A stretch of DNA of 51,080 nt from Octopus bimaculoides (lineage: Eukaryota), in the NCBI RefSeq assembly GCF_001194135.2, contig NC_068990.1, positions 52,003,218 to 52,054,297 of the forward strand. Direction: 5' to 3'. Both the position numbers and the translations under genes were made by a program. The notes beneath the pieces were generated by a model that worked only from the letters and a program-made list of their open reading frames with translations, was not told the origin of the DNA and did not search any database. Of the stretch, positions 1 to 12,520 are shown one piece after another; position 1 is the stretch's first letter, and each line of letters begins with the position of its first letter.

Positions 1-8
1 AATCATTC

Positions 9-53
<45 letters not shown>

Positions 54-56
54 CAT
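1..56. repeat. (ATT)n microsatellite
   Basis: Direct tandem ATT repeats at the window start. Confidence 0.95.
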
Positions 57-230
57 TATGGTGGTGAGCAAGCATAATCGTTAGCGCGTCGAGTTAAATG
101 CCTAACGGAATTTCTTTCGGCTTTTTGTGTTCTGCGCTCAAACTCCACTTAGCTCGACTTTGCATTTCGTCGTTTTGGAGTTGAGAAAAAGAAGTACCAG
201 TTGAACACTGGACTCGATGTAATCAACTAA
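57..230 (+). mobile_element. Degenerate SINE, family A
   Basis: Aligns by eye to 19861-20062 (gtgagc..aatcgttagc..gcaaatgc..cgactttgc..agtaccagtt). Follows an (ATT)n tract. Confidence 0.7.
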
Positions 231-2218
231 CATGGCTGAAACAATTATGTGTATATTCTTAAAACCTAAAATGAGCCAAGAGTAATAACTTAGTCATTTA
301 AACAACGAAATTGAAGGAAACTGTACTAAATAGCATACGTAATCTTCTCTTGATTTATCGAAACTATTTATGCTTCGATAGTAATCGAACGCTTAGTGGT
401 AACTGTAACCGAAGCCAAATGATCTGGAGAAATCAACAATAAATCTCTTAAATTAACTTGTTGTTGCCCTAAGACAAATATAACTTTTTTCTGAAGACCA
501 GAAGACAGCTGTGAACACGTATTTCAGCCTCATATGAAAGACATGGCATGTACAAAGTTTAATTTGTCATATTGGTTGAAAGCCACAAATTTAAGCACCC
601 TACTTCATTATATAACGGGTACTGCGTTTATCGACTTCTGAAAAATGAAGTTAAAATCGATCCGGGCAATATTTAAAATCAGAATGTAAAGAGACATTTT
701 CTGTCATCCATCAACCTTTGTCGATCATCTATTTCTTTTTAAGAATTCTTTCTAATAAATATAAGCACATTAAATCTCCACGTGTGGGGTGGGGCTGTGA
801 TGGCGAGGGTTTATTACAGAATAATCAAACTAGAAGCTATTAAATATATCGAATTTAACATCATTGTTAAACATAATGTTAAATGTTGCTGCATTAATCT
901 AGAATTGAATGGAAGACATGTGTAAGAAATTCTTAATATATTAACCATTTATTAGAAACTGCTTTAAAATATATAGGCTTAAATTTGTATTAAATCAACA
1001 TTTGAAAAATTTAAATAACTAATAGCTAAGATATTGTAAAATATTCTAACAGGTAATCCTGACGTTATTTTTAAATTCACTTGCAACCAACGTCACTAAA
1101 GTCACATTCTTTGTGGTAATAGTATACATGAGTCATTCACTACGTTTATGATAAATTCAGTATCACTGATATCTTTACATACTTGACAGATTTTCCTAGA
1201 ATATACTTATATTCTTCCTTTTATCGCGTTTCTTCACTCTTAATTCAATGAGTGATAAGGAAGCTGGACCGTTTGCCAATCGGTCAAGCGTTTGTTGTCA
1301 TAAGCAAAGACAACTTTCAGAAACTTCAGTCGAGTGTTATAAGTTTCATGAGACAGAAAAACAGGTTGATAGAAGCTACAGGAGTATTTCTTTATCGGCT
1401 ATTCGCACCAACACGATTGAGCTGATGCGGGGTCAGAAACGTTACAATCAAGGCACATTTAAAGCTACATTATGCAGTGTTCATCATCATCCAATCACGC
1501 TGCTTCTACAGATTCCCGTGACTATCTGTCGTCATCAAACTCTATTATTCAGCGGTATGAATTTGAAGTGAGAGCTTGAATCATAATGAATATTTTATTA
1601 GCTGAATACGTAACAATGAACACTACCTTTGTGGATGCGTTGCAGTTACTCTCTTGATAAAGCTTGGCGATCCTGACCGCTGATCTAGTATTCCTTTGCT
1701 CAGCATCAATGCAAGAAACACCGTTGACTCGGTTGTGCTCTTCACAATCTGCCATGCTGAAGTCGCATGACCCCGCCGTATCCCTGGCGGCGTGGCTGAA
1801 TGGGTTCTATGCCTTTCCAGGGTACGGTCGTCACTCCGTGAGTTATTTTTAAAATACCCGCATACATAGCTCCCATCTATTTACAAGAGGGTGGGTGTAA
1901 TTTGAGGGTGTTTTTAAGCAGAAGAAACGACTCCATAAAGGCCACCAGTTTAGCCTGCAGACTTAAATTCAAATTTTTTCGAGGATTTACTTAAGTTAAA
2001 GAGGAGCCGTAAGAGAGTATACAATCTTTTGATACAGAACTCGAAGGCAAATCTGTAGAGATGTTTACGCAACCAATTAGTTATGAGACATACAATCACC
2101 ATCATCAACAACGAACTTATTTGGTCTACTTGCACTGAGAGAAGATAACACAATTTTACACTTCACTTCTTGTTTTATAACGCCGTTTGTTTGAGATTTT
2201 TTCACACTTCAAATGAAC

Positions 2219-2808
2219 TGACAGTTGAAAACATTACGTTGTGTGATTTTTATGCATGAGAATAAAGTTAACCTTGAGGAGATAGTATATAAAGAGCAAA
2301 TACTAGATAGTTAACGTAAACAAGTATTAGAGAGGTAAAGGGGTTAAAGAGAGAATATGATGTATAAGAAAGACTTATGTTTGCATAAAAACTAATATTC
2401 GTTAGTATATATTAAATATAAAGCAGAAAAAATGAATAAAACTCGAAAAATAGTTGTTAATATTACAATTTAAAAAGTATATACTTGCTGTGACTATAAA
2501 GATGGGAGAAGTGAAGTTGAAATAGGGAATAAAGGTAGGAATACGGAAAAATAAATAAATCAATGTAGGAGAGATAAATGAGCTGGAAATGAAAATAGTA
2601 AATAAATAAAGGTTTATTTTATTTATGTATTGCTGTGTAAGGTTATACAGTAGCTGTGTTTTAGTATAAATAAAAAAATTATTAAGAGGTAAAAAAAAAC
2701 TAACTTAGTATTATGTGAGAGGGATATGCAGTGGTAGTAGGGTACTAGTGATATTCAAGTAATGGGAGAGTATTGTCGGTTATGTATATAAGAAAATATA
2801 CGAGTAGG
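2219..2808 (-). repeat. 3' pseudo-LTR (pLTR) segment of PLE-1, direct repeat of 7014-7437
   Basis: Long near-identical stretches are shared with 7014-7437 (e.g. aaagagcaaatactagatagttaacgtaaacaagtattagagaggtaaa). The 7 kb copy lacks about 2456-2640. Confidence 0.85.
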
Positions 2809-3162
2809 GGAGTGCACATAAGTGTACAAAAATTTATACATGTAGAAAAATGATCTTATAAGGAGAAAGGTGTTTGTATGTTTACTCAAACGTTAGTAGA
2901 GGGATATTTGCACATTAGTATATATAGATATTGGAATTCTAGTTCTTTTATGATTAGGGTATACATAAAAAAGAAACACCGTACAAAAATATACACATAC
3001 CATGGTGGTTCATGCAATTGCTAGAAGGAAATGTTAAATGAAAAGTACAAAGTTAGTGTAAGATATGGTGATGTAAAGGGGATGTGATGAGTAATTGTAC
3101 TCCATAGAAATGTGTGACGTATAGATATATTTAAAAAAAAAACTAATCTAAGCAAGAGGAGA

Positions 3163-5883
3163 GTGAAGAATTATTTAAGATTGATGAATAGGAATTTGGT
3201 CATGTGTTTACATGAGAAAACTTTTTCATCCCTTCATTCTCATTATGTTATAGCTTTCCTCCAAACACAACCTACAAATTTTACTATTATAGGATTTTTC
3301 CAAGAGATCGAGAAATCAATATTGTTTGTTTTGAGGTGCCAAATTGTTTTTAGATAGACCTGTACCATTCTCTTTTCTATGGTCCCTAAAAGAAGATCTT
3401 TGATTATAAATTCTCGATTTAACTGAATTTTTTGTGCAACCCACGTATATGTATCTAGAGGAATCCTGAGTAATAATAGTTGCTTGGTATACAACTTCTT
3501 TCATTTAACAATTTTTATCTACTTCACAGGTATTTGAGTCTCTACAAATACAATTTGAATTAGTGGGTGGTACTATAGTGTGATGTCTATATTTTTGTGG
3601 GGGATAATGGAGTTATGGTTCTTATCAGTATTGTAGTTGTTAATTATAGGATTAATGGAGGTATTAGGTACGGTTATTGTAGTTTTTTTTAAATTATAGA
3701 ATAGATCCAGTTTCTTATTGTTAAAAGAAGAAATTATCCTAAATAGATTTGGAGAAACTGAAAATCTAAATCTAATTTTTTTATTATCAAATATTTTAGC
3801 ACATTTAGAGTTTTGGAAGTTTTTATTAATTATCATTTTAATGGATCTAATGAAGTTACATTTTAGATGTTTGCTTTATTGGAATGTTGGGTTGTGTTTG
3901 GGGGTTCAGCTATTCTCACACAAGTTATTGGTTTCTTTTTTTGCTATTCTATTCCCATCTTTTAATTTGAGTTCTACGGTTATGTATATAATTGAATGAA
4001 TTTCGTGAGTTTAGAGTATTCTCATTTTTCTGTTTATTGGCTTAATGTTCCTATTTTTATCTATAATTATACAGTTTTGGTGGCTGTTGTTAGTATTCTT
4101 AGGTTTATTAATATTAGTGTGGTTAGTAAGGTGGGAATTACTAAAATTTATTTTATTTTTTCCGTTAGTAAAGTTATGGTTGTGGTGCTCGTATTGATTA
4201 AGTTTATTAGTACGTTTACTGTAGTTGTGATTTTCGTGTTTTTGCTAATATTATGTTGATGACTATTATTAAGAGTTTTTGTTATACGTTTATGTGACTT
4301 AGATTCAGTAATATTATCTACATTATTCGTTTAAGTGACTTAGATTCACTTTTAGGTGACTTAGATTCGTTTAGGTGACTTAGATACGTTTAGGTGACTT
4401 AGATTCACTAGTATTATATACGTTATTCGTTTCAAGATAATATTTGATATTATTAGTATTGATGCTGTCGTTTTTATTATACTTAATTTCATATTTATAA
4501 CCTACCTTCTTAAATACTAGGTTATAGTAGTATTTATGTTTGTTAAATATTTCTTCTCTCTATGTTAGTGGTCAGGTTTTTTATAATGTTATTTGGATGG
4601 TTACTTTGTGCGTTTATGTATGTGATATTCGTGTTAGGTTTATGGTAAGGTTGGTGGGTGGAAGTATTGAGATTGAAGTTAACGTTTAGGACATTAACAA
4701 AGTTGTTATCATTTTCAATAGTAACAGATAGTCGTTGGTTTTTTAAAAAGCTATGTTGTCTTTTTTTTGTAGAGTTCAGGTTTTCTGTTGGAGGTGTTCC
4801 TAACTAAGAATAGAGCGTCGTCCCGGTAAAGTCCACCTTCTAATTCAGGGAATTCTTCTTTAAGTTGGTGTAGTAGGTAAATCCCGACTAAATCGGTTAC
4901 CTCTGCGGAATCTTGCACGCCCATGGATACATCGAAACAGTCTGGTGTGTCTTTCCTGGTCCAATATTTACCTTCATTAAATATTATAGCCTTTCTAGCT
5001 TCAAGTATAATTTTTATTTCTTTCATTGAAAATTTAGTCTTATTCTTGGCGAAGATAAGTGCCTTATTTAGTAAGATGGGATTAACGGACTGGTAATAGT
5101 TGTGTATATGTCCAGCTGGATGAATTTACATTTTTCTTATCTTGTAGATTAGTAAACCAGTTAATTGCATCTAGTGTTTTTGACCACAGGTGGAGTTTTA
5201 TTTTGGATTTCAATAATTTTAGGTATTTGTCTATGATAATTTTGCTAAGTTTTCCGATGTCAGATTTGCAAGGTCAGATTTGCAAGGACAGATAAGCACT
5301 ACCTTTGGATCAGTAAGAAAGTTAGGCTTGTGGTCTTTTAGGTTAATTCTAGGTCTAGATGGTTCATAAACTTCAGTTACGTCATCAATTCGGTATTGAC
5401 TCATTATTTTTTGTCTTTAATATTAATAGATTTAAGAACATCTTTGGTTATTATCATATATTTCTTTGTACTTTATTTGTAGGAGATTATGGTATAGATC
5501 TACGTTGTATAGATTTCCGGTATTATCAATTTTTGAAGTTCGTTAACTTTATGCTTCAAATTACGTAGGTGTTTATTACTGAGAACGTTTTTCTTAAACT
5601 TAATATTTTTAAGTAGATTCCATAGATCGTCTTCAAAATTCTCTAATATACGGTTTGCTGGTGGGATTTCCGGGATTTAATACTGCTTCTAATTTTTATG
5701 AGTTCTTCGTTTGTTTTATTGGCTAATTTTCCTTCTGCACTATTTTCTTTGTCAAAGAATGGAGCCTTCCATCTCATTCTTCTGGTGAGATCATGGAATT
5801 TTAGCTATTATATCCTTAATGTACTCCTTACAGGTAGGCAAAGGTACGTCCTTAAGAGATGTTTCCATTTCAATCTTCTCCAT
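3163..5883 (-). mobile_element. PLE-1: degraded Penelope-like RT + C-terminal GIY-YIG endonuclease ORF
   Basis: N-terminus MEKIEMETSLKDVPLP..RRMRWKAPFF; RT motifs FDVSMGVQDSAEVTDLVG and GLYRDD (4751-5026); post-RT KIFDNKKIRFRFSVSPNL; GIY-YIG VVYQATI..YVGCTKNSVKSR..NGTGLSK..IWHLK..CRLC (3163-3504). Multiple stops and frameshifts. Confidence 0.9.
4285..4415. repeat. About 19-bp tandem repeat (ttaggtgacttagattcgt) inside PLE-1
   Basis: Five copies of the core gtgacttagat. Confidence 0.85.
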
Positions 5884-6190
5884 TTTATCTTTATTTTATT
5901 AGAAATCAATTTCTTATTAATAACAGGTTATTAATATTGATAATTGTAATATAGATGTAAAAAGATTGAATGTAGATTCGTCCTTTAATTTGGAGATTTC
6001 CAAAAAGGGTTTCTAACGTTGATTCTTCATATTTTGCTGGTAGTTTACAGGTGTAAACTTACGAAGGCATGAAAGTAATACTTGCATATGATGTGTGGTG
6101 AATTTATGGAAAGAAGTCCCATAAAACTCATCAATTTAGCTAAAAATGGAGTAGACAAGTTGTTAAACTATATAAGAGAATTTTAATGAT

Positions 6191-6717
6191 TGCAGACGAT
6201 CGTTTCGTATAGAGATATAAAAATAATGCAAATTCATGATTGAATTGAATATGATTAGGAGAGTATTGTAGTTCGCTTGAAGCACATGTATTGTTTATAA
6301 CAAAAAGAAGAGGGCAAAAAAGAAGGGAAAAAGGGAAGCTGCACGTATAACACATAACTTAGAAGCAGCGCTACAGATGTACCAACACACACGAGATTGA
6401 GACATAGCTGACCTCACGCACTTCTCATAAAGAATTCCGGAAGGAGCTTCTTCGTGAGACTGCTACTGAGACGCTTCCAAAAAAAGAAAAACCGTTGGAA
6501 AACAGATTATAGCAGCGACTCCATCTAAGAATATCTGAAGAAGGAATTGTATTCCGAAATATCATCGAACTATAGATAACTAAATTACAACAGGTATATA
6601 GTCCATTTTTTTTGTATTATAGTGCATTGTTGTACCATTCAAACCTTTTTATACGATTAAATTAATTTAATTAATTTAATTAATTTAACTATATATATCA
6701 TTGCACTCTTCAGTGCA
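6191..6717 (-). ncRNA. Hammerhead ribozyme (type I) split by an ~400-bp insertion
   Basis: Minus strand: TGCA CTGAAGA GTGCA [long loop] TATAC GAAAC GATC GTC TGCA. The uninterrupted homolog is at 37085-37183. Confidence 0.6.
6531..6565 (+). ncRNA. Minimal hammerhead-like motif
   Basis: AT CTGAAGA A GGAAT tgt ATTCC GAAAT ATC AT: intact core and 5-bp helix II. Helix III is a zero-loop palindrome (ATAT) and helix I is only 2 bp. Confidence 0.45.
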
Positions 6718-7839
6718 GTAAGTATAAACAAAATTACAATGAACTTGAGAAAGAATATAGCAGAAGAATTGAATCTAGGAGATAAATATCTTTATCATTG
6801 TGAAAAAGAGACGTGAGTCATGTTGGATATTAACTATAACTAAGGGCTATACCGGTTATTTGAAAATATAAGTAAAGAGGTATCAGAGACGTTCCCTCTA
6901 TAGATGAGTAAGGAGATTAGAAATTTTACCTCCAAATAAGTAGTGTAGGGCATAAAAAATATATTACAAATGTCCAATGGAAAGGCACTACTATATTTGA
7001 ATTAAGATATGAGGTGACAGTAGAAAACATTACGTAGTGAGATGTATTTTAAAAATATTTTTATACATGAGAATAGAGTTAATCTTGAGGAAATAGTATA
7101 TAAAGAGCAAATACTAGATAGTTAACGTAAACAAGTATTAGAGAGGTAAAAATGGTTAAAGAGAGAATTTGATGTATAAGAAAGACTTATGTTTGCATAA
7201 AAACTAATATTCGTTAGTATATATTAAATATAAGGCAGAAAAAAATAAATAAAACTCGAAAATAGTTAAGATTATACAGTAGCTGTGTTTTAGTATAAAT
7301 AAAAAATTTATTGAGAGGTAAAAAAAACTAGCTTAGTATTATGTGAGAGGGATATGCAATGGTAGTAGGGTAGTAGTGATATTCAAGTAATGGGAGAGTA
7401 TTGTCGGTTATGTATATAAGAAAATATACGAGTAGGANNNNNNNNNNNNNNNNNNNNNNNNNNNNNNNNNNNNNNNNNNNNNNNNNNNNNNNNNNNNNNN
7501 NNNNNNNNNNNNNNNNNNNNNNNNNNNNNNNNNNNNNNNNNNNNNNNNNNNNNNNNNNNNNNNNNNNNNNNNNNNNNNNNNNNNNNNNNNNNNNNNNNNN
7601 NNNNNNNNNNNNNNNNNNNNNNNNNNNNNNNNNNNNNNNNNNNNNNNNNNNNNNNNNNNNNNNNNNNNNNNNNNNNNNNNNNNNNNNNNNNNNNNNNNNN
7701 NNNNNNNNNNNNNNNNNNNNNNNNNNNNNNNNNNNNNNNNNNNNNNNNNNNNNNNNNNNNNNNNNNNNNNNNNNNNNNNNNNNNNNNNNNNNNNNNNNNN
7801 NNNNNNNNNNNNNNNNNNNNNNNNNNNNNNNNNNNNNNN

Positions 7840-7908
7840 TCACCTAGTCGTGTAGGATTTTCGAATTGTTTTTGAAAAACAATTTGAAAATCCTACACGA
7901 CTAGGTGA
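7840..7908. repeat. 34-bp near-perfect palindrome
   Basis: tcacctagtcgtgtaggattttcgaattgttttt g aaaaacaatttgaaaatcctacacgactaggtga: one mismatch, 1-nt spacer, abuts the gap. Confidence 0.9.
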
Positions 7909-8437
7909 AAAGCGCTTTATTTAATATGTGACATTAATAAAAATCTGTAAATGTACAAACATCCAGATTTCTGAGTACCTTAATTTTTTTCTATATAATT
8001 TCTGTACATCACCTCCAAACCTTCCAATATATATATATTTATATGCGAAACGTACCTATATACGCAAATACACACGTTCATATAAAAAATACATGTTAGT
8101 ACGAACATAAAGTAAACAAACACAAATCAATAGATATATACACACACATGACATATAAGCTCCATACCTAGATATTCACACATGGTTGTAGGCATGTAAG
8201 ACACCAAGAAGTACACTATGTGCATACATGTGTGCATATATCAGCAGTAAAATATGTGTAATTCTAAGGTTATGCAAATAAAATAAAATACAATTAAATT
8301 ATAGGTATATTACATATTAAGGAAATATATTCTGCAAGAATTAAAATTCTCTTATATATTTTAATAACTTGTCTTCTCCATTTTTAACTAAACTGATGAG
8401 TTTTATGGGACTTCTTTCCATAAATTCACTGCACGTC

Positions 8438-8439
<2 letters not shown>

Positions 8440-8532
<93 letters not shown>
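8440..8532. repeat. (TG)n microsatellite
   Basis: Direct observation. Confidence 0.95.
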
Positions 8533-8535
<3 letters not shown>

Positions 8536-8627
8536 TATAAGATTTTATAGTTCGCTTGAAGCATTGTATATGGAATATAATGTTGAAAGATTTAAAAGGC
8601 CAAACAATGCAAATAGATTTTAAGATG

Positions 8628-9292
8628 AGGTAACGTAAACTAAAAGTACGTTACCTTGTAATCTTTGGTCTTATATGTATCCAATGTTTCGGGACATACA
8701 AGTCCCTTCTTCGGGGTTAAAAAGGAACTGTCCTTGGTAAGATGTTTTTTGTCGAAGATAAAATAATTCTCTGATTATATCTGAATTTTCAAGCGTTTCT
8801 CTTTTTCGTGAATGTTAGTGACGTCAGTTATTACCTTATCGCTCCACAAATCAATGTTCATCACCTCTTTTCTAATATGTAGCAAATGTGCCTGTGTGTA
8901 TGTCATGTTACGTACTGCGTGCCTAGCTCCAATCTATTATATATTTGTGAGTTTAATTTATAGATAATCAAAGCTTCCTTAATTCTTAAGTTGCCGAGAT
9001 TTCTATCATTGGCTTTAATAGTAACTTTAATTTGTTTGTTGGTATTTTTACATTTATCAATGTGTTTTTTGAATGAGGATGCGCGTGTTTTGAGATATTC
9101 CTTAATGCGGGTATGCAAAGTTCGAGTTGTGCTGCCTATATAAAACGTCTTACATTTGTTGCATTCTATTCGGTACACTACATGTGTCCGCTGGCACATT
9201 CCTGTATCGCGGATAGGACAGTTAGTTAATGAGCATTGATTGTTGTCTCTAGATTGCTTTTTATTCAGGTATCCGCGCAGAGAAGGGCTGGA
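8628..9292 (-). mobile_element. Inverted 5' arm of PLE-2 (GIY-YIG C-terminus + 3' UTR)
   Basis: Reverse complement of about 10900-11477. ORF 8903-9199 reads VVYRIECNKCKTFYIGSTTRTLHTRIKEY..LRIKEALII. Confidence 0.92.
8679..8718 (-). ncRNA. Degenerate minimal hammerhead in PLE-2 inverted arm
   Basis: aacc CCGAAGA A GGGAC ttgtat GTCCC GAAAC ATT GGAT; core U4 changed to C. Confidence 0.45.
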
Positions 9293-11477
9293 GGTTTGGA
9301 TCTCTATCCCAGGAAGAACTTAAACTTCTCAGCTTTGGCCCAAAATTTATATTAACACAACTAGACGACAAGATGATGCTAAATCTTGAGACCAACTTTT
9401 GCCGAGATGCCTATCAACTCAAATGGCTCTCCGTATTAAACACTACTATTACTACTACTATGAACAACAATAAATTTCCTATATACCACTTAGACCACCC
9501 ACTTTCTCCACCGCCGATCAACCAAGAACTTAACCTAAAACTCTCTAGACTTAAGCAGTCTATTTTGAAAACATTAAGACAACATAAGAAAATACACCCT
9601 AACCTCTTCTTAAAAGAACGCCTCCTTCTAAACAACATGCGAGAGAAGGACCTTGTATACCTCCCTTCCGGCAGGGGGAAAGAATTCTGTGTCACCTCGA
9701 GAAACACATATAACAACTTAGCATATGAGCACCTTAACAACGGTGCACTATATGCAGAAGTGACAAACATTACTGCTCAACAGATAGAAGACCACGTCAA
9801 CACCACATGGACAGATATATGCAGACGTAGGCAACTCCCTAACAAATATAAACACAACCCCATCATCAGAAACAGCAGGTTACCAACATTCTATTACCTC
9901 ATTACAACTCAGAAGACTAGTATGAATCTACAGATTAGACCAATTGTCTCTAGTATAGAAGGAACCCTCTATAAAATCTCCTGGTTCTTCTCCCAGATAC
10001 TCAAGCCTATACTTCACACTTTTCCTGGACATGTCAGCAGCTCCGACGAGGTCATACGAAGACTACTCAGAATAGAACCCGTACAACTTATACTCAACAG
10101 ATGTGCATTTAGCCTTGACGTTGCTTCCCTCTACACGACAGTACCCGCTCTTCCAGCCGTCAACTTAGTAACGGAATGCATCAGTTCATATAATATATAT
10201 TGCTATGACGTCACTCCACAGGACATACATCAACTGCTAGCGGTCGTCGTAGAAAATTCTTATTTCACTTTCCACCACCACATATACATGCAAACAACGG
10301 GTCTGCCCATGGGATCCAGTCTTCCAGGCCTTCTAGCCATTATTTACATGAACCGACTAGAACGTCGCTCCTGTGTTTTCTTCACTAGATACAGAGATGA
10401 TATACTTATCATCACTTCATCTCGTGAAGAGGCCGACCAAATATCCACGACATTCTCAAGCATAGACAGTAACATAATATTTACCACTGAACAGCCCGAT
10501 AAAGATGGTTCTTTATCTCTACTAGACCTCCAGCTTAAAATAACAAAGAGAGGCAATATATACACCAACGTCTATAATAAAGCTGCCAGTAGAGAACTGT
10601 TTGTGAATTATAGGTCAGCCCTACCCCTCGGTGCTAAAACGGGATACATACGAAATGAACTAGCACGTATCAAGAATAAATGTAGCAAAGTTGAGGACCA
10701 GATTTCTCACATCGCACACTTCACAGAGGCTGAATGGATACCCAACATCCACAATAAACCGAATTAAAAACCAAAAGCGCCGCAGACATAAGACCTTCTT
10801 TAACACCTGTTTCATGAAATTACCACATTTCAATAAAAGCATAACCACAGCAATTCGTAGAGCCATACGCAACGTAGGACTAGACATACAATTAGCACAC
10901 TCCGACCCCTCTCTGCGCAGATACCTGAATAAAATGCAATCTAGAGACAAAAATCAATGCTCATTAACTAACTGTCCTATCCGCGATACAAGTATGTGCC
11001 AGCGGACACATGTAGTATGCCAAATAGAATGCAACAAATGTAAGGCGTTTTATATAGGCAGAACAACTCAAACTTTGCATGCTCGCATTAAGGAACATCT
11101 CAACACACGCGCATCCTCATTCAAAAAACACATTGATAAATGTAAAAATACCAAGGAAACTTTGGTAAATAATAGATTGGGGTTAGGCACGCAAAACGTA
11201 ACATGACATACACACACAGGCACATTTGCTACATATTAAAAAAGAGGTGATGAAAATTGATTTGTGGAGCGATAAGTTAATAATTGACGTCACTAATATT
11301 CACGAAGAGAAATACTTGAAAATTTAAATATAATCATAGAATTATTTTATCTTCGACAAAAACATCTTACCAAGGACAGTTACTTTTTAACCCTGAAGAC
11401 GGGACTTGTATGTCCCGGAATATTGGATACATATAAGACCAAAGATTACCATGTAACTTACTTTTAGTTTACGTTTC
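9293..11477 (+). mobile_element. PLE-2: Penelope/Poseidon-like RT + GIY-YIG, 5'-truncated and frameshifted
   Basis: ORF 9373-10767 has RPIVS, SLDVASLYTTVP, GLPMGS, RYRDD, FTTE..SLLDL and YNK..NYRSALP. ORF 10691-11206 has CQRTHVVCQIECNKCKAFYIGRTTQTLHARIKEHL. The frameshift is near 10730. Confidence 0.93.
11389..11426 (+). ncRNA. Degenerate minimal hammerhead in PLE-2 3' UTR
   Basis: aacc CTGAAGA C GGGAC ttgtat GTCCC GGAA TATT GG; GAAA changed to GGAA. Confidence 0.45.
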
Positions 11478-12173
11478 NNNNNNNNNNNNNNNNNNNNNNN
11501 NNNNNNNNNNNNNNNNNNNNNNNNNNNNNNNNNNNNNNNNNNNNNNNNNNNNNNNNNNNNNNNNNNNNNNNNNNNNNNNNNNNNNNNNNNNNNNNNNNNN
11601 NNNNNNNNNNNNNNNNNNNNNNNNNNNNNNNNNNNNNNNNNNNNNNNNNNNNNNNNNNNNNNNNNNNNNNNNNNNNNNNNNNNNNNNNNNNNNNNNNNNN
11701 NNNNNNNNNNNNNNNNNNNNNNNNNNNNNNNNNNNNNNNNNNNNNNNNNNNNNNNNNNNNNNNNNNNNNNNNNNNNNNNNNNNNNNNNNNNNNNNNNNNN
11801 NNNNNNNNNNNNNNNNNNNNNNNNNNNNNNNNNNNNNNNNNNNNNNNNNNNNNNNNNNNNNNNNNNNNNNNNNNNNNNNNNNNNNNNNNNNNNNNNNNNN
11901 NNNNNNNNNNNNNNNNNNNNNNNNNNNNNNNNNNNNNNNNNNNNNNNNNNNNNNNNNNNNNNNNNNNNNNNNNNNNNNNNNNNNNNNNNNNNNNNNNNNN
12001 NNNNNNNNNNNNNNNNNNNNNNNNNNNNNNNNNNNNNNNNNNNNNNNNNNNNNNNNNNNNNNNNNNNNNNNNNNNNNNNNNNNNNNNNNNNNNNNNNNNN
12101 NNNNNNNNNNNNNNNNNNNNNNNNNNNNNNNNNNNNNNNNNNNNNNNNNNNNNNNNNNNNNNNNNNNNNNNNN

Positions 12174-12250
<77 letters not shown>
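12174..12250. repeat. (ATAG)n microsatellite
   Basis: Direct observation. Confidence 0.95.
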
Positions 12251-12520
12251 GGGCAGGGAATTGTCAACTAATTAATAAATTAATAATTAACAATTTTGCC
12301 AAGTAGTTCAGTATGCAAAAAACCTTTATCGGTAAAACATTTATAATTATAAACATAATATAGGGATCAGCAAAAGTTGCTTCACCAACATACTTAAACT
12401 TTAGAAATAGCAGTTAAACTACTAATTCTAACTACAATTAAGTCTCCATCGTATAGCGATATTCATGGCTCACATAGAACAAAAGAGGAAAAATAAACAA
12501 AACAAACCTGCCGTTAGTTA

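Larger units (their letters stand above)
6100..7437 (-). mobile_element. 5' pLTR of PLE-1 carrying an interrupted hammerhead ribozyme
   Basis: 7014-7437 repeats 2219-2808. 6100-6250 plus 6660-6860 match 36990-37310 and, in part, 8330-8435 (inverted). HHR halves lie at 6701-6717 and 6191-6211. Confidence 0.7.

Noticed and set aside
485-530. ctgaaga..gaacacgta hammerhead-like string
   Set aside because: GAAA is missing and helix I does not pair.
1248-1930. Small ORFs and a GC-rich hairpin (ccgccg..cggcgg near 1785)
   Set aside because: No recognisable domain or transposase motif was found in any frame I read.
8388-8430. ctgatgag followed by the tttatgg/ccataaa hairpin
   Set aside because: No GAAA or helix III follows; it is part of the pLTR repeat but not a ribozyme core.
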